A stretch of DNA of 32,000 bases from Synechocystis sp. PCC 6803 substr. PCC-P (GTDB taxonomy: Bacteria; Cyanobacteriota; Cyanobacteriia; Cyanobacteriales; Microcystaceae), in the NCBI RefSeq assembly GCF_000284455.1, contig NC_017039.1, positions 990,001-1,022,000 on the forward strand. The letters are read 5' to 3'. Position 1 is the first letter of the stretch. Each line of letters starts with the position of its first letter. Positions 29,410 through 32,000 of this stretch are shown here, piece after piece. Both the position numbers and the translations under genes were made by a program. The notes beneath the pieces were generated by a model. The model made no database searches, was not told the origin of the DNA, and was given only the letters and a program-made list of their open reading frames with translations.

Positions 29410-29838
29410 ATGGTGATTTTTGATCATCGCCTAGAAACAGTACCCGATGCCACCACCTGGGACCTCCCCCTCACCGCCGAGGAAAGGGGTCGCACCCGCT
29501 ATCGTTTTGATAAACCTGGCTTTCCGTCTCTATTTATTCAATTGCCCAGGGGAAGTTTTTTACGTCCAGGGGATTGCCTCGGCTCTCCCACAGGGGAAAC
29601 GATTACTATTTTGGCAGCGGATGAACCTCTGCTCCATCTCACCAGTGGCGATCGCCTTATTTTGTTGAAGGCCGCCTATCATTTGGGTAATCGCCATGTG
29701 CCCCTAGAAGTGAACTTGGATTATCTGCGATTGGCACCGGATCCGGTATTGGCTGATATGCTCCGGGGTTTGGGGGTCAGGGTAGCGGAAATAACTGCGC
29801 CATTTTTTCCAGAACGGGGGGCATTCCACAGTCACTAG
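29410..29838 (+). CDS. ureE: Urease accessory protein UreE
   Basis: 142 aa; LPLTAEERGRTRYRFDKPG, FIQLPRGSFLRPGDCL, KAAYHLGNRHVPLEV..YLRLAPDPVLADMLRGLGVRVAEITAPFFPERGAFHSH. Confidence 0.9.
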   Translation: MVIFDHRLETVPDATTWDLPLTAEERGRTRYRFDKPGFPSLFIQLPRGSFLRPGDCLGSPTGETITILAADEPLLHLTSGDRLILLKAAYHLGNRHVPLEVNLDYLRLAPDPVLADMLRGLGVRVAEITAPFFPERGAFHSH

Positions 29839-30062
29839 GATGGCTTTTTGCCCTTAAATAAGCATTCCTAGCAATTTTGCCCAAGAAAATCAAGCCATTC
29901 GCTACAATGTTTTCATGAAGTAAAGTAAACTGACTGGCAACAACTTTGCGCTGGCCATTCCCGACTCCGTTCCCAATGCTTTCTGTAACGTAATTAATCA
30001 AACCTCAATCCTCCCAACCTCAGTTTTAACTCCCCTCTGACCACGGCGATCGCCAAACCACA

Positions 30063-31016
30063 ATGACCATTGATAACATCCGTCTTAGAAACGAATTTAT
30101 TAACACCGAAGTTATTACCCGCAGCAGCGGCAAAAAACTGGGGGTAGTCAAAGAAGTGCTAGTCGATGTCGATCAGCGAGAAATTGTCGCCCTGGGACTG
30201 CGGGACAACTTTTTGTCTTTAACCGGGATGCCCCAATATCTTTACCTGAACAGTATTGTCCAAACCGGGGACGTGGTCTTAGTAGAAAACGATGATGTTT
30301 TTGAATTGGTGGAAGTGGACCTCTATTCCCCTCTGGTCAATAGCGAAGTGGTTACTGAAACGGGAGAACCCCTGGGTAGGGTAAGGGATTTTCAGTTTGA
30401 CCTCGCCACTGGCAAAGTTTCCTCCATTATCATCGCTTCCTTGGGATTACCCCAAATTCCTGACCAACTTATCAGCACCTACGAGCTTTCCATTGACGAG
30501 GTGGTGAGCAGTGGTCCCAACCGTTTGATCGTTTTTGAAGGAGCAGAGGAAAGATTAAATCAACTCAGTGTGGGATTACTGGAACGCCTTGGCATTGGCC
30601 GTCCTTCTTGGGAACGGATGGAAGAGGATTTGTATTATCCCCCCACTACCCGCCCTGAAAATCAATTGGGCAGTGGCATCCCCGTGCGGCCACCGGTACA
30701 AGTCCGTCAACCGGAGCCCGTGTTGGAAGAGCGTTGGAACGAGGACGATTGGCAAGATACCCGCCCTGCGCCGCCCCCTCGTCGGGAAGTGGCCCCTCTG
30801 CGTTATCCAGAGCCGGAATATGAAGATGATTATGAAGTGGATAATTGGGGGGAAGCGTCTTCCCGTTCTTCTGCTCCAGAACCGGATTATGATTATGAAG
30901 ATGGAGTGGCTGGCGATGTCTGGGACGACGATGAGGCCCCTGCTCCCTACAGCCCTCCCCGGGTGAATATTCCGGAAACCCGCCGGGAAAAAATGCCTGA
31001 ATATTATGAAGAATAG
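30063..31016 (+). CDS. PRC-barrel domain protein with long acidic/proline-rich C-terminal tail
   Basis: 317 aa; two barrel-like repeats (IRLRNEFINTEVITRSSGKKLGVVKEVLVDVDQREIVALGLRD / SPLVNSEVVTETGEPLGRVRDFQFDLATGKVSSIIIAS), then disordered P/E/D/Y-rich tail. Confidence 0.88.
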   Translation: MTIDNIRLRNEFINTEVITRSSGKKLGVVKEVLVDVDQREIVALGLRDNFLSLTGMPQYLYLNSIVQTGDVVLVENDDVFELVEVDLYSPLVNSEVVTETGEPLGRVRDFQFDLATGKVSSIIIASLGLPQIPDQLISTYELSIDEVVSSGPNRLIVFEGAEERLNQLSVGLLERLGIGRPSWERMEEDLYYPPTTRPENQLGSGIPVRPPVQVRQPEPVLEERWNEDDWQDTRPAPPPRREVAPLRYPEPEYEDDYEVDNWGEASSRSSAPEPDYDYEDGVAGDVWDDDEAPAPYSPPRVNIPETRREKMPEYYEE

Positions 31017-31066
31017 TCTCTGATTTAACTAGTCTTGCGCCTTTGTTCGGTTATTCGTATTGTAAG

Positions 31067-31289
31067 TAACGTGAGTTCGGGATAAGAAAGATGACTGACA
31101 ATAGGCTACAAGCTTTACAGGTCAATACATTCGGGAATGACATCAGACTCGTGATTTGTGTTTTTGCATCCTCACAAGTGATTTTTTTGAAGTCCTGAAG
31201 CCCCAAATCCCCCAGTGTACTTGGCGAAAAAACCTCCATTGCAGTCAGAGCAATACTTCTAAGGATCGGCTTAACCCGAACTCACGTTA
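31067..31289. mobile_element. Short (223 bp) IS remnant / MITE-like element
   Basis: Terminal inverted repeats: TAACGTGAGTTCGGGATAAG (31067-31086) versus reverse complement of 31270-31289 TAACGTGAGTTCGGGTTAAG, 19/20 identical. Contains no ORF long enough for a transposase. Confidence 0.7.
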
Positions 31290-31327
31290 AATATTAACCC
31301 CAGCGTCTTTGCACTCGAACGACTACA

Positions 31328-32000
31328 TTGACTCTCACCCTCTGGAAGCGTTTTCAATCCTCCGCCTCTAACCCTTTAATTTCACCCTGTGACCCTACCG
31401 AGCTCGATATCCTTGCACGCACAACCCTTCTTTCTCCCTGGCAGTTCTACCGCTACGTCTGCAACATTTGCCAGCAAAATGGGCATGAGCGTTTGTATTT
31501 CGGTCATTTGCCTTGTATTTTCTGTGATTATTTGCCAGAACCACTACTTCTTGCCTTTTTTGATCGCTTAGCAGAGAGTGTAGGAAGATCACCGCAGCCC
31601 TTCCCAAAAACAACTCTCCACCTTCAGAGTCTGCAAGGTACTCTGGAACTTCGCATCAGCCATGCTGGAAGTGGAATGATTGGACAGGTAGTTAGGCTTG
31701 ACATAACATACCGGGAGAAGACGCACTCCTGGGCATTTAAAGCCTTTTTCGAACCGGATTTCGTCTGGCAACATGGCGTTTGGTCCGAGATACCAGTAGG
31801 AATATATTTGCGATCCCAGCATGTCACCCGTGACGTAGCGCAGTTCCATGCCGCTGGACTCACCTGGATGCTGTGTGAATGGATCGAACCGGATGATTGT
31901 CCTAAAACTCGCCCTGGACGCTCCTATGATAGTCTAGCTCAACAGCAGCAACTCACACCCCTTAATCCTCTCAACTATGCCAACTACAGTCGCCATGGCA
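31328..32000 (+). CDS. Conserved-looking hypothetical protein with CX2C-X14-CX2C motif, non-ATG start, runs off window
   Basis: Open frame from after TAA at 31295-31297 to the window end; only upstream start candidate is TTG at 31328. Reads LTLTLWKRFQSS...SPWQFYRYVCNICQQNGHERLYFGHLPCIFCDYLPEPLLLAFFDRLAESVG...WAFKAFFEPDFVWQHGVWSEIPVGIYLRSQHVTRDVAQFHAAGLTWMLCEWIEPDDCPKTRPGRSYDSLAQ... The exact start is uncertain. Confidence 0.7.
   Translation, partial: MTLTLWKRFQSSASNPLISPCDPTELDILARTTLLSPWQFYRYVCNICQQNGHERLYFGHLPCIFCDYLPEPLLLAFFDRLAESVGRSPQPFPKTTLHLQSLQGTLELRISHAGSGMIGQVVRLDITYREKTHSWAFKAFFEPDFVWQHGVWSEIPVGIYLRSQHVTRDVAQFHAAGLTWMLCEWIEPDDCPKTRPGRSYDSLAQQQQLTPLNPLNYANYSRHG

Noticed and set aside
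31051-31239. 62-aa minus-strand ORF within the inverted-repeat element
   Set aside because: Too short and without recognisable transposase motifs; starts inside and ends outside the TIR-bounded element, so not called as a gene.
31395-31863. Minus-strand ORFs of 72, 86 and 79 aa near the window end
   Set aside because: They overlap the long plus-strand open frame from 31298, whose translation looks much more protein-like.
1-32000. CRISPR arrays, tRNA/rRNA genes, toxin-antitoxin or phage modules
   Set aside because: By eye I found no regularly spaced repeats, cloverleaf-like tRNA sequences or phage structural genes; a tRNAscan/CRISPR-finder run would be needed to exclude them fully.

Overview
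A 32 kb cyanobacterial chromosomal segment. Gene content and frequent GGCGATCGCC (HIP1) octamers fit a Synechocystis sp. PCC 6803-like genome. In window order it contains: 5'-truncated-at-edge ftsH (minus), hypE, a Uma2/DUF820 protein, surE, def, a small membrane ORF, lysS, a GT2 glycosyltransferase, an FkbM methyltransferase, a large multi-TM protein, and a nitrate assimilation cluster. That cluster reads nrtA-nrtB-nrtC-nrtD-DUF1830-narB, with narM-like further down and a broken DUF29 gene wedged in on the opposite strand. It is followed by a TrpD-like protein, a histidine phosphatase, an RlpA-like protein, ftsZ, ftsQ, a carboxyl-terminal processing protease, a second Uma2 protein, rsmH, a DUF4168-like protein, ureE and a PRC-barrel protein. 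The least ordinary observations are: (1) a DUF29-family gene interrupted by an in-frame TGA exactly where a Trp codon is expected, located between narB and narM; (2) a 223-bp element with 19/20 matching terminal inverted repeats just upstream of an ORF of at least 700 bp that the ORF track misses because it has no upstream ATG, and that encodes a CX2C-X14-CX2C motif; (3) an NrtD ATPase with an Asp-rich plus predicted TM C-terminal extension. I found no convincing previously undescribed multi-gene system, CRISPR array, tRNA or rRNA.
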